Part shown: piece by piece, positions 1-8,939 of the stretch
How the letters are laid out: each line of letters starts with the position of its first letter
Position numbering within the stretch: position 1 is the stretch's first letter
Source: a virus
Taxonomy: Duplodnaviria > Caudoviricetes
Length of the DNA stretch: 37,631 bases
IMG/VR virus record: IMGVR_UViG_3300011338_000631
Coordinates: 1-37,631 of that record
Reading direction: 5' to 3' (one strand)
Program-made: the position numbers and the translations under genes
The notes under the pieces: model-generated
What the model was told of the DNA's origin: nothing
The model's database searches: none
The model's input: only the letters and a program-made list of their open reading frames with translations

Positions 1-201
1 CGGACTTGGCAGGAAGAATTCATACTCATTGCCGAGACCGAGCTGATTGGCCATCGTGAATATGTTGCCACCTGTGTCTTCGTATTGCATGTGCAGGTAG
101 AGCAAAGGTCTTCGACCACGATCCCACAGCTCCTTCAGGATCATGAGATTGCGAGCAATATCTTTGCGAGGCTGATTGCGATTCACATTGACTATCAGGA
201 A
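1..201. repeat. Terminal direct repeat, left copy (circular overlap)
   Basis: Identical to 37431-37631 except T75 vs A37505; implies a 37,430-bp circular unit. Confidence 0.97.
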
Positions 202-885
202 TCGATCATCGGCCTTGCCATTGAAGTATGATTTTCGGAAGTTCTTCACATCCTGGCGATCTTGGATAGGGAAGAAGTCATTCGGATTGTTGCCATGATA
301 GATCACTCGGAGGCGATCCTCGAGCTCAGGCAGATGCTTCAGAGTCTCTCGCTTGCCATACTCGGTATAGACCACAGGGAAGTCTGCTCCTGCTACAGTC
401 TCCACCCACTGCTTCTTGAGCTGAGCATCGACTGGATAATACCAGACTGTCTTGAATGTCTTCATGCCATTGTGAGCCAGAGCATCCTGAGTCTTCTTGA
501 TCTCAGACATGATCGGCTCAATCACGAAGGTATCCTGCAGCATAAAGACCACATCATATTTGCCAGAGCCCATCAGGTCCAGCAGCCTTTGTCGGCCATA
601 GACATCACCATATGCACCAGCATTCATGAGTCCACCAGGCATAGCTGGATAGACATTGCCTGGCCACTTGGCATCATCCTTCGGATCACCTGAATAATTG
701 ATGGCGATCACATCAATGTCATATTTGCCTGTGGCGTGGAGCTCTCGGCCGATATTGCCGAGCACTTGAGCGAAGCCAGTTGCACAGCAGTAGTCTCCAT
801 ACAGCAGGAGCTTGACCTTCTCTGCACCTTGAGCGATTGCTCGCTTTGCTGCATCATCGATCGTGGCTTGTGCTAGAGCATCCAT
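1..885 (-). CDS. GT-B fold (GT4-like) glycosyltransferase, N-terminal part; continues across the join to 36900 (471 aa in total)
   Basis: Not in the ORF track. ATG at 885 overlaps the RmlB stop and reads MDALAQATIDDAAKRAIAQGAEKVKLLLYGDYCCATGFAQV...; in frame with ORF 36900..37616. Confidence 0.88.
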   Translation of the reverse strand, partial: MDALAQATIDDAAKRAIAQGAEKVKLLLYGDYCCATGFAQVLGNIGRELHATGKYDIDVIAINYSGDPKDDAKWPGNVYPAMPGGLMNAGAYGDVYGRQRLLDLMGSGKYDVVFMLQDTFVIEPIMSEIKKTQDALAHNGMKTFKTVWYYPVDAQLKKQWVETVAGADFPVVYTEYGKRETLKHLPELEDRLRVIYHGNNPNDFFPIQDRQDVKNFRKSYFNGKADDRFLIVNVNRNQPRKDIARNLMILKELWDRGRRPLLYLHMQYEDTGGNIFTMANQLGLGNEYEFFLPSP

Positions 886-1886
886 TGCTTATTCTCCATA
901 GTCCACTCTACTGTCTTTGCTAGGGATTCCTCGAAGCTCACAGGAGGCTTCCAGCCGAGGCCGAATAGCTTGCTACCATCAAGAGCATATCTGCGATCAT
1001 GTCCAGGTCGAGTGTGGTGGAAGTCCACCAGCTTGTACTTCAGATCCTTGCCGACTAGCTGAGCGATCTCTTGAGCCAGCTCGAGATTGTTCTTCTCAGT
1101 ATCACCGACCACATTGTATCGGTCTGGCATCACGATCTCATTGTTATCCACATACTTTGTCGGAGTACCACGATTGATCAGGAAGAGCAGGGCATCAGCG
1201 TGATTGCGAGCATGCAGGTAGAAGCGAGATCCGATGTATTCTTCAGTGCCATGAATGGTGACTTCATCGCCATTGTAGATTCCCTTGATCAGCATCGGTA
1301 CGAATTTCTCAGGATCTTGCATCTCTCCGATATTGTTCATGGTGTTGGTGATAATCAGAGGCACATCATAAGTCCGCCAGTAGCTGATGGCTATGGCTTC
1401 CTGAGCAGCCTTGCTTGCTGAGTATGGATTGCTCGGCAGGATCACAGACCATTCAGGATGATCGTGTGTCGGAGCAGCTCCATATACCTCATCAGTCGAT
1501 ACCTGGATGAAGATCTCAGGCTTGATCTTGCGAGCATACTCGAGCATGTTCAGGACCAGAGCGACATTGTTTTCAATGAATGGTACTGGGTCATCGATGC
1601 TGCGGTCCACATGAGATTCGCTGGCCATGTTCACGATGTAGTCAATGTGACCGATGCGATTGATCATCTGCTCAGACAGCGGAGCAGCCAGGTCATGAGT
1701 GACTACATGGCATCGAGCCCTCCAGTCTTCATGAGCCTCGAACATCTCAGCGATGCGATCGGTCTTGCCTTTGTGTCTGAAGCTATCAATCAGGACCAGC
1801 TCCCAGTCGGTATTGTGCATAAAGTGAGCTAGTGTGTGTGCTCCGATGAAGCCACCTGCTCCAGTAAGTAGTGCTCGTTTTGTCAT
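873..1886 (-). CDS. rfbB: dTDP-glucose 4,6-dehydratase-like NAD-dependent epimerase/dehydratase
   Basis: TGAGGFIG Rossmann motif, ASESHVDRSI, STDEVYG, PSNPYSASKA (YxxxK), RPGHDRRY. Confidence 0.92.
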   Translation of the reverse strand: MTKRALLTGAGGFIGAHTLAHFMHNTDWELVLIDSFRHKGKTDRIAEMFEAHEDWRARCHVVTHDLAAPLSEQMINRIGHIDYIVNMASESHVDRSIDDPVPFIENNVALVLNMLEYARKIKPEIFIQVSTDEVYGAAPTHDHPEWSVILPSNPYSASKAAQEAIAISYWRTYDVPLIITNTMNNIGEMQDPEKFVPMLIKGIYNGDEVTIHGTEEYIGSRFYLHARNHADALLFLINRGTPTKYVDNNEIVMPDRYNVVGDTEKNNLELAQEIAQLVGKDLKYKLVDFHHTRPGHDRRYALDGSKLFGLGWKPPVSFEESLAKTVEWTMENKQWML

Positions 1887-2170
1887 TTTGATTCGATCCC
1901 TTCTTCCTCTAGTTCTTTGATTAGTGTATCTATAACCTCACTGCGACTGCTGAATTCTCGCATCTTTGCCTTGCCTCGGCCTGCTATGAATAGCAGCCAC
2001 AGGAAGAGCAGGAAGATGGTGACATACCAGTGACCGCCCCAGTACAAAAAATTTAATGTCATGACCAGTACCAGACAGCCGAAGCTGAATGTGTCTGATA
2101 TGATTGCCTACAATGCAGACTCTCTCACATATATGAGCCTCTTCTCAGGCTGCTTTGTTTTGTTGCTCAC
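1883..2170 (-). pseudogene. Small two-TM membrane protein (95 codons) interrupted by in-frame TAG at 2108-2110
   Basis: Strong RBS AAGGAGGTG, GTG start overlapping the upstream stop, ATGA overlap with rfbB; reads MSNKTKQPEKRLIYVRESAL*AIISDTFSFGCLVLVMTLNFLYWGGHWYVTIFLLFLWLLFIAG... Confidence 0.65.
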
Positions 2171-2910
2171 GATTGCACCTCCTTACTTATAGGACCGACC
2201 ACAGTACCATCTGCCCTCTTCCATTGAGCAGGTGATAGATTTTGATCGTCATATGGATGAGTGAATGTCTCCTGTAGAGACCGAGTGACTGAGCCCCATT
2301 TCTTCATAAAGTAGTCATGGCTTCCCTGACTGTTTGGATTATCCATCATGGATGTTGCGACACCTCCATAGTGAATCATCGGAGCTTGATTTGTGCAGAT
2401 CTCTTTGTATCCCAGGAGCTTTGATCGGTAGTGAGAGTCATTATCTTCATACCAGGCAGGGATGAAATTCTCATCGAACAGGCCGACCTTCTCGAAGAAG
2501 TCTCGAGCGACCAGGAAGCACGAGAAGTTTGGATGCTCGCTCCATGTCGAAGGTGTACCTTCGGGCAGTTTGTACTGCAGGATGTCTTCTGCATTCGGAA
2601 GCTCGAGCAGTATATTATTCGGTGTAACCATCACAACACCCTCACTCTCATTGAGCTCTTGATGCACTCGAATCATGGCATCGATACAGTCAGGAGCGAA
2701 GAGGATATCATCATTGCAGATCAGAGCATATTCACAGCCATCCTCGAATGCTTCCAGAGCAAGCTCATTCCAGGCTTGTGAGAGTGGCCGATTGAATCGC
2801 CACTGGTCCTTCACATATACGATGGCATCATGCTTTGTCTTGATACTATGGACCGACTCAGCGAATCCCTTGAAGTTGTTTAGTACTGCGAATCCGATTC
2901 CGATTTTCAT
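2167..2910 (-). CDS. Family 2 (GT-A) glycosyltransferase
   Basis: AWN...YALICNDDI (DxD-like), FSCFLV...VGLFDENFIPAWYEDND, IHYGG; start moved to the ATG after GGAGGTG. Confidence 0.88.
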   Translation of the reverse strand: MKIGIGFAVLNNFKGFAESVHSIKTKHDAIVYVKDQWRFNRPLSQAWNELALEAFEDGCEYALICNDDILFAPDCIDAMIRVHQELNESEGVVMVTPNNILLELPNAEDILQYKLPEGTPSTWSEHPNFSCFLVARDFFEKVGLFDENFIPAWYEDNDSHYRSKLLGYKEICTNQAPMIHYGGVATSMMDNPNSQGSHDYFMKKWGSVTRSLQETFTHPYDDQNLSPAQWKRADGTVVGPISKEVQS

Positions 2911-2912
2911 GA

Positions 2913-3656
2913 CTAGCACCTCCCTCTGTATTGCTGATCGCTTGTCGGTTTGATATCACTCCTCACGAAGAAGCAATCATTGTGCTCATAGATCGGAGAG
3001 TCCAGTGTGAAGCCTCGTGATTTGAGCCAGGCTGCTACTTCAGCTCCTGGAGTTTCGCCTTTATAGACAGGCGTGACTGATAATTCGATGCACAGGTATT
3101 TGAATTGCTTCAGCCATTTACCCATGCCGAGCAGGATCTCCATCTCATTGCCCTGTGTGTCGAGCTGCAGTGTATCGTATTGGCTGAGATCAATCAGTCG
3201 CTTCTGACCACGAGAGTCCACATAGAATTGATTATTCATTTGCTTGGCCCATTTGTCGAAGCGGACCAGCTCGATCTCTTCAGTGCCGACAATGGCAGCC
3301 TGGCCTTGATTCCAGTTTCGTTTGACTTCGGGATGCTCCCATTCAGTCTCGTATATTGATGAGCCTTTGCCATCAATGTCAGTCACCTGCAGAGTGGCCA
3401 TCTTGTTTGTGTCATGAAGGCCGAGCTTGAAGACATGAGCCTTGTCACCATATCGCTCATCGAGGATATCGAATGCTGATGTCAGTGGCTCGAAGCCGAT
3501 CAGGTGGTCAATACCCATGCGGATGAAGTTTTCAATCTCTTCACCATCACTAGCTCCAGCCTGGACAACACCATTGAGGTCGAATCCTTGAGTCGTAAAA
3601 TGTGAGAGCTTATTCCGCTCCTCGGCTTCATAGAATCCTGGTAGATCACGCTTCAT
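2913..3656 (-). CDS. FkbM-family SAM-dependent methyltransferase
   Basis: VVQAGASDGEE, IGFEP, LQLDTQGNEMEILLG, ELSVTPVYKG; ATGA overlap supports a start at 3656. Confidence 0.85.
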   Translation of the reverse strand: MKRDLPGFYEAEERNKLSHFTTQGFDLNGVVQAGASDGEEIENFIRMGIDHLIGFEPLTSAFDILDERYGDKAHVFKLGLHDTNKMATLQVTDIDGKGSSIYETEWEHPEVKRNWNQGQAAIVGTEEIELVRFDKWAKQMNNQFYVDSRGQKRLIDLSQYDTLQLDTQGNEMEILLGMGKWLKQFKYLCIELSVTPVYKGETPGAEVAAWLKSRGFTLDSPIYEHNDCFFVRSDIKPTSDQQYRGRC

Positions 3657-3958
3657 TCTTCTGGTACTCCATCCTTCGGATTCCACCATTTGAATGTCAC
3701 TGGAGGTAGCTCTGGAATCTTCTCACCCATCTTCAATGACTTGAATTCCTTTGATGTCAGGACCATTGCGAAGACCTGGCGATTGCTGTCGTAATACACA
3801 TGATGGAATTGAGCATCTTCAGGCAGGTGGCCTTCCTGGATCACCCATCGCTTTGATGTCATGAAGCGGACCATCGCTTCAGGATGCATCCAGAGCAGAG
3901 CCTGCCGACTCATGTCTGGGGTTTTGTGAATGTCTTTTGATCGGCCGAGAATACTCAT
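3653..3958 (-). CDS. Hypothetical protein (101 aa)
   Basis: ATGA overlaps with both neighbours. Confidence 0.75.
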   Translation of the reverse strand: MSILGRSKDIHKTPDMSRQALLWMHPEAMVRFMTSKRWVIQEGHLPEDAQFHHVYYDSNRQVFAMVLTSKEFKSLKMGEKIPELPPVTFKWWNPKDGVPEE

Positions 3959-4470
3959 GCTGCTACCTTCTCTCTTAATGATACTGATTCCGCTTCTTCA
4001 TGCTCGAGCCTATGGACCATCACAGTCAATCGCTCATCGGCCATGACTGCAGTGTATCCGAGCTTCTCATATAATCGCTTCGCTGATTCATTGGTATTGA
4101 GTACATCCAGCCAGGCTTCTTCCGATCGGAGATCCTCGTGGATCATCAGAGTCATCTGCTCGAATAGGAAGTATCCAGCTCCTTGACCTCGAGCTGCCTC
4201 AGTCAGTCCACCAGATACCCACCAGCGACCATCACGCTTGCTGATGAGCCCATATCCGATAGCTTGATCATCATCATTTCGTACTAGATACCCGAATAAT
4301 TCACCTCGCTCCCGAGCTGGCAGGTATGTCTGGCGATACCATTCTGCCTGCTCTGCTGGCATGATCTCGGCTGTATTGTGAGTCATGAATTCTCGGACCT
4401 CATTGCGGATGTCCATCATCTCGAATGCTTCCGAGGCTGTTCCCATTTCACGCAAGATGTGTGACATCAT
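3955..4470 (-). CDS. GNAT-family N-acetyltransferase (PseH-like sugar N-acetyltransferase candidate)
   Basis: IRNEVREFMTH...EQAEWY, ARGQGAG acetyl-CoA motif, VLNTNESAKRLYEKLGY. Confidence 0.88.
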   Translation of the reverse strand: MMSHILREMGTASEAFEMMDIRNEVREFMTHNTAEIMPAEQAEWYRQTYLPARERGELFGYLVRNDDDQAIGYGLISKRDGRWWVSGGLTEAARGQGAGYFLFEQMTLMIHEDLRSEEAWLDVLNTNESAKRLYEKLGYTAVMADERLTVMVHRLEHEEAESVSLREKVAA

Positions 4471-5404
4471 ATCCCTCCCTGATTATTGCTGGCAGCCACC
4501 GCTTCTGATCTCGGTATTCATGAAGATATCGATCTTCTGCTACAAGATACATCTGTGTCTCAGGATTGCCACAAGGTACATTTCGAGGATCATTCCGCTC
4601 TGCAGCAATGATGCCAGAGTCATCTTCTCGCCATGCAATGCCACGCTCATCCAGGAATTTGATGCAGTCATTGCGGTATCGCTCATTGCCAGTAGTGGTC
4701 ATGCCACCGATGTGATCATTATCACTACCCATTGTGATGACATGGTATCCAGCCTCGATAGTTCTGATTGGCCAGATGCGGTCATAGAAGTGAGCTAGTG
4801 TGATGTCTTCCCAGTCTTCAGAGTCTCTGACTAGATCTGGAATCACATCTCTTCTGAATAACATGAAGAGTGCGTCAAGCACGATGGCTGGCTCTATGCC
4901 ATCGATCCTGCGACCAGCCGAAGGATCTTGACCCTTCCATACCTGATCACCGACTTGCACTTCTCGGCCCATAAAATTGCACACAGTATATGCACCACGA
5001 CCACCACGCTCATCGACTTCCTTGCTACCACACAGCCCGATCAAGCCGAGCTCAGGATCTTCATGGAATGCTTGGAGCATTCTTCGATCCCACCCCTGCT
5101 CATAGAGCATCAGGTCGTTATGCATGAGGCCGATGTACTGCTCATCAGGATATGCATCATAGAGCTGCTTCAGTGGCTGATAGTAGCCGATATTCTCTTC
5201 ATTGCGAATGAGCTCTACTGACTGGCCATTCTTATTCTTGCAGTCACACTCGGCATCTGGACCGAGCCATTTGTCATATGATTGGACAGATCCATTATCG
5301 ATCACGACTGCTTTTGTCTCGGCCATGACAGCATTCTTTGTGAGGTGGTCCAGTGCCACTTCAGTGAGCTTGTGGCCCTCTACTACTGGAAGTCCGATGA
5401 TCAT
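4448..5404 (-). CDS. Family 2-like (GT-A) glycosyltransferase
   Basis: VVIDNGS, IRNEENIGY, GLMHNDL, VLDALFM, AHFYD motifs. Confidence 0.82.
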   Translation of the reverse strand: MIIGLPVVEGHKLTEVALDHLTKNAVMAETKAVVIDNGSVQSYDKWLGPDAECDCKNKNGQSVELIRNEENIGYYQPLKQLYDAYPDEQYIGLMHNDLMLYEQGWDRRMLQAFHEDPELGLIGLCGSKEVDERGGRGAYTVCNFMGREVQVGDQVWKGQDPSAGRRIDGIEPAIVLDALFMLFRRDVIPDLVRDSEDWEDITLAHFYDRIWPIRTIEAGYHVITMGSDNDHIGGMTTTGNERYRNDCIKFLDERGIAWREDDSGIIAAERNDPRNVPCGNPETQMYLVAEDRYLHEYRDQKRWLPAIIREGYDVTHLA

Positions 5405-5670
5405 TTGTATATCCTCCTTGAATCAAAGATTGCCATGAAGTGATCCCACCTGCTCATGGTCCTGTACCTATGCTTCCGCTGGAATTGCTCCACAGCCTTG
5501 ACACGCTCCAGGGATATCATAATTGCTAGGCTCAGGATCTTGCTTGATCGCTTCCCCTTCTCTTTGTCGATGGCATATTCCAGATATCGCTTTGCTCGCT
5601 CCTTCAATCGCTTGAGCTCTTCTGGAGACTCAGGGAATTGATCGGCATTCATCTGGCTATGCTTGCTCAT
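5401..5670 (-). CDS. Hypothetical protein (89 aa, basic)
   Basis: ATGA overlaps on both sides. Confidence 0.7.
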   Translation of the reverse strand: MSKHSQMNADQFPESPEELKRLKERAKRYLEYAIDKEKGKRSSKILSLAIMISLERVKAVEQFQRKHRYRTMSRWDHFMAIFDSRRIYK

Positions 5671-6788
5671 GACTTCTTCTTTCGAGACTGAGCAAATTTA
5701 TTGCACATCCCTGCAATCTGATCGAGCTCTTCTATACTGAGCCCCCAGTGTACAGGGATGCATATCATTCTATCTGCAAAATAATCGAGTCCGTCAAGAC
5801 CCTTGCGAGCGAATGGCTTGAATACAGTGTACTCATCATTCCTCTTGTGGACCTGATTGACCATGACACCACCATCATTCATGTACTTCTTGAAGTCATC
5901 ACGATCCTTCTTCGATGGCAGGACCAGAGTGTACAGCCACCAGGCTGATCGCCTGTCTGCAGGATCTACATTGCGAACAAAATACTTGTCCAGATTCTCT
6001 TCATAATAGCGAGCATTCAATCGATGAGCCTGCAGCACATTGGCTACATGATCCATCTGAGCGATACCGATCACAGCATTGAGGTCATTCATGTGGAATT
6101 TGTATCCCCATTCCTCAATGTCCTGATCGATCCTGGAGTCCAGACCATTCTTGCTTCTATCGATACCGAACCAGCGGAGAGTCTTTGCTCGCTCCGCATC
6201 ATTCGGATCTTTGGTAGTCAAGATGCCACCATCTCCAGTAGTGATGTGCTTGATCGCCTGCAGGCTGAAGCAGGTGAAGTCAGCTATTGTGCCGACCTTC
6301 TGGCCATTGTATTCAGCACCGAAGGCATGAGCAGCATCCTCGATGACCTTGAGATTATGAGCTCTCGCAATGCTCATAATGTGATCAAGATCAGCAGGCA
6401 TGCCACCCCAGTCCACGAATAGGATTGCCTTTGTTTTTTTGGTGATTAGCTTCTCGATGCTATCAGTGTTTATGTTGCCAGTGATCGGATCGCAATCCGC
6501 AAACACTATTGATGCACCCAGGGATAATACTGGAAGATTCGTGGCAGTGCAAGTCATGGCTGTGGATATCACCTCATCGCCAGGGCCGAGTCCTGCCAGC
6601 CTCATCGCTAGTGTGAGAGCTGATGTACCGCTATTCAGAGACACCACATTGTCAGTGCCGAAGAAGTCCTTCAGCCTGCCCTCGAATTCCTCTACCTTTG
6701 GACCTTGCGTGATGTATCCACTGTGCAAGGTCTCTAGTAGTGGCTGATCGATTGTGTGTGGTGTGTGTGTTTTGAATAGCGGTATCAT
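5667..6788 (-). CDS. DegT/DnrJ/EryC1/StrS-family PLP-dependent sugar aminotransferase
   Basis: GPKVEEFE, NSGTSAL, VIEDAAHAFG, FSLQAIKHITTGDGG (PLP lysine), GYKFHM. Confidence 0.93.
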   Translation of the reverse strand: MIPLFKTHTPHTIDQPLLETLHSGYITQGPKVEEFEGRLKDFFGTDNVVSLNSGTSALTLAMRLAGLGPGDEVISTAMTCTATNLPVLSLGASIVFADCDPITGNINTDSIEKLITKKTKAILFVDWGGMPADLDHIMSIARAHNLKVIEDAAHAFGAEYNGQKVGTIADFTCFSLQAIKHITTGDGGILTTKDPNDAERAKTLRWFGIDRSKNGLDSRIDQDIEEWGYKFHMNDLNAVIGIAQMDHVANVLQAHRLNARYYEENLDKYFVRNVDPADRRSAWWLYTLVLPSKKDRDDFKKYMNDGGVMVNQVHKRNDEYTVFKPFARKGLDGLDYFADRMICIPVHWGLSIEELDQIAGMCNKFAQSRKKKS

Positions 6789-6790
6789 GG

Positions 6791-8416
6791 CTAGATCTTC
6801 TCCGAATCGTCTTCTGATCGAGTGATGACAGTATCAGTGATCACAAACATTGCAGCTTCTGATGCAGCATTCTTGATGCCAGAGATCGTGACAAGGCTCG
6901 GATCAATGATGCCGACCTTGAATGCATTTACTACCTCACCAGTGTAGAAGTCGATTGTCAGGCTCTTATCATCCAGGATCTTCTTCAGATCTGCCTTGTC
7001 GAGCTCCAGGCCACTATTGAGAGCCATCTGCTTGATCGGCTCGAAGCATGCCTTCACGACACCCATCAGACCATTGCCATCTTCTGTCTGTAGATCCACA
7101 TGACTATTCTTCTGGACCTTCGCTGCAGCACGATAGAGAGCAGCTCCACCACCAGCGATTATGCCATTTGATAGTGCAGCCTTTGAAGCATTGATTGCAT
7201 CCTCGACTCGGAGCTTCCGCTCTTCACGCTCTGTATCAGTGACACCACCGACTCGGACCACACCGACACCAGACTGCAGGCGAGCAATACGCTCATCCAG
7301 ATTGTTCTGCTCATATGCCTGCTTGCTGTTCTTGCGTTGTGCCTTGAGCTCTTCAATACGCTCATCGACTTCACCAGCTCCACCCATAATAGATGTACGA
7401 TCTCGGCTGGCGATCACTCGCTCAGCGTGGCCGAAGTCATCTGGATTGTATGTGTCTGATGGATCTTGTGGATTGCTCGGCAATCGGTTGCCCTCATCAC
7501 GAGCAAAGAATTTTGCACCTGTAGCGACTGCCATATCACGAAGGACAGCCTGGCCCTGCTCACCGAGAGCCTGGACTTTGATCGGTATCAGGTTGAATTT
7601 GCCTTGAGCTTTGTTGATAGCACATGATGCCATTGCCTCGCCTGTGACTGAGTTTGCTATCAGGACAGCCTGCTTGCTACCCATGCGAGTCACTGTCTCC
7701 ATCAAGCGGACTATCTCCATGCCATTTGTGAAGTCATGGTCGGTCACGAAGATCGGCACATCAGTGACATCAGCTTCCTGGCGAGCAGGATTCGTGATGA
7801 ATACTGGAAGTTGAATGCCTCCTCGAAGCTCTATGCCTTCAGCAATTCGACTGGTGGTCTCTTCGCCTTCGCCATCCTCGATTGTGACAACACCATTGCT
7901 GCCGACTTTGTGGACAGCCTCAGCGACTAGCTTGCCGACTTCAGGATCGCCACATGATATTGTGGCCACATTGATGAGAGCTTCAAGATCTTTGGTCTCC
8001 ACGATCTCATCCTGGAGAGCAGTCACGACAGCTTCTGCAGCCTTCTCAATGCCTCGCCTGAGCAGTACTGGATCAGCACCATTATTGATTTGCTGCAGGG
8101 CATGAGTGGTCATTGCTTGGAGCAGGACAGTCACTGTAGTAGTACCATCACCAGCCACATCATTTGTCTTGTTGGCTGCAGCTTTTGCTACCTTCACGCC
8201 AGTCTCTTGATGAGGCTTGTCTACAGGAGCGTGGATCTCACGAGCGATTGTGACACCATCATTTGTGTTGAGTGGTGGCCGATATGGATCGGTGTCGAGC
8301 ACGACATTGCGACCTCGTGGACCGAGCGTGGTCTTCACCACATCTGCCACTAGATCGATACCTATTTTGATTTGACTGCGAGCATCAGCTCCCTGGACTA
8401 CTTCATTTTTTGACAT
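6791..8416 (-). CDS. groL: Chaperonin GroEL (Cpn60), divergent
   Basis: TLGPRGRNV, TNDGVTIARE, VAGDGTTT, ERKLRVEDA, GGGAAL, GIIDP; no GGM tail. Confidence 0.96.
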   Translation of the reverse strand: MSKNEVVQGADARSQIKIGIDLVADVVKTTLGPRGRNVVLDTDPYRPPLNTNDGVTIAREIHAPVDKPHQETGVKVAKAAANKTNDVAGDGTTTVTVLLQAMTTHALQQINNGADPVLLRRGIEKAAEAVVTALQDEIVETKDLEALINVATISCGDPEVGKLVAEAVHKVGSNGVVTIEDGEGEETTSRIAEGIELRGGIQLPVFITNPARQEADVTDVPIFVTDHDFTNGMEIVRLMETVTRMGSKQAVLIANSVTGEAMASCAINKAQGKFNLIPIKVQALGEQGQAVLRDMAVATGAKFFARDEGNRLPSNPQDPSDTYNPDDFGHAERVIASRDRTSIMGGAGEVDERIEELKAQRKNSKQAYEQNNLDERIARLQSGVGVVRVGGVTDTEREERKLRVEDAINASKAALSNGIIAGGGAALYRAAAKVQKNSHVDLQTEDGNGLMGVVKACFEPIKQMALNSGLELDKADLKKILDDKSLTIDFYTGEVVNAFKVGIIDPSLVTISGIKNAASEAAMFVITDTVITRSEDDSEKI

Positions 8417-8417
8417 G

Positions 8418-8684
8418 CTATTCCTTTGCCTCCGTTACCTTTGCTATGATGTCTGACTCGGTGATGGAGGTGAGGAGATCGCCATTCACATATAGTGCTG
8501 TGTAATCCCCAGGACTTAAAAGCACCAGCTCATCTGACTTATAGTCTGACTCTGCTGGAGCATAAATAATGCGGTAGACTGCACCATTGCGATCGCCCGA
8601 TCCGCCTGTTTCAAATTCTGACTTTGCTTCGGACTCGACCTTTTTGGTCAATATATTTGAGTCCACCATTTGTATTTGATACAT
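8418..8684 (-). CDS. groS: Co-chaperonin GroES (Cpn10), divergent
   Basis: 88 aa directly upstream of groL; C-terminal ITESDIIAKV resembles the GroES ESDILA motif; RBS AAGGAGGTG. Confidence 0.8.
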   Translation of the reverse strand: MYQIQMVDSNILTKKVESEAKSEFETGGSGDRNGAVYRIIYAPAESDYKSDELVLLSPGDYTALYVNGDLLTSITESDIIAKVTEAKE

Positions 8685-8712
8685 CGATTGCACCTCCTTC
8701 GTATCAATTTTG

Positions 8713-8742
8713 ATTGTAGCACAAGCACTTTTGTGGATGCAA
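8713..8742 (-). promoter_or_regulatory. Sigma70-type promoter for the groES-groEL-glycosylation operon
   Basis: TTGCAT-N18-TACAAT with extended -10 TG. Confidence 0.65.
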
Positions 8743-8837
8743 CAACAAACATTATTGAATTAGTTATTGTGTAGTAATTAGCATACTATAAGCAATACTA
8801 TAGAGCACCCCTTCCCTACTCCCCCGATCTCGCCATG

Positions 8838-8867
8838 AAAAAAAGCTGTCATCTGTTTGACAGCTTT
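8838..8867 (-). terminator. Intrinsic terminator after rusA
   Basis: Perfect 10-bp stem AAAGCTGTCA/TGACAGCTTT running into T7 on the minus strand. Confidence 0.75.
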
Positions 8868-8939
8868 GCAAAAATGTTTCAGTAGGGCAGGGGAGTGGTC
8901 TCACCCCTGTTAATCTTTGTTCGTGATTTGTTCGCTGTT

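Noticed and set aside
1-201. Biological terminal repeat or att site
   Set aside because: It interrupts a continuous glycosyltransferase ORF and there is no integrase; an assembly overlap explains it
1883-2170. Genome-wide stop-codon reassignment (TAG=Gln or TGA=Gly/Trp)
   Set aside because: TAG and TGA end many conserved genes at the expected lengths with coupled downstream starts; only one internal TAG was seen
873-6788. Host O-antigen or capsule locus joined by misassembly
   Set aside because: Genes are coupled to phage genes on both sides, share the RBS motif and apparent k-mer bias, and lack flippase or polymerase genes
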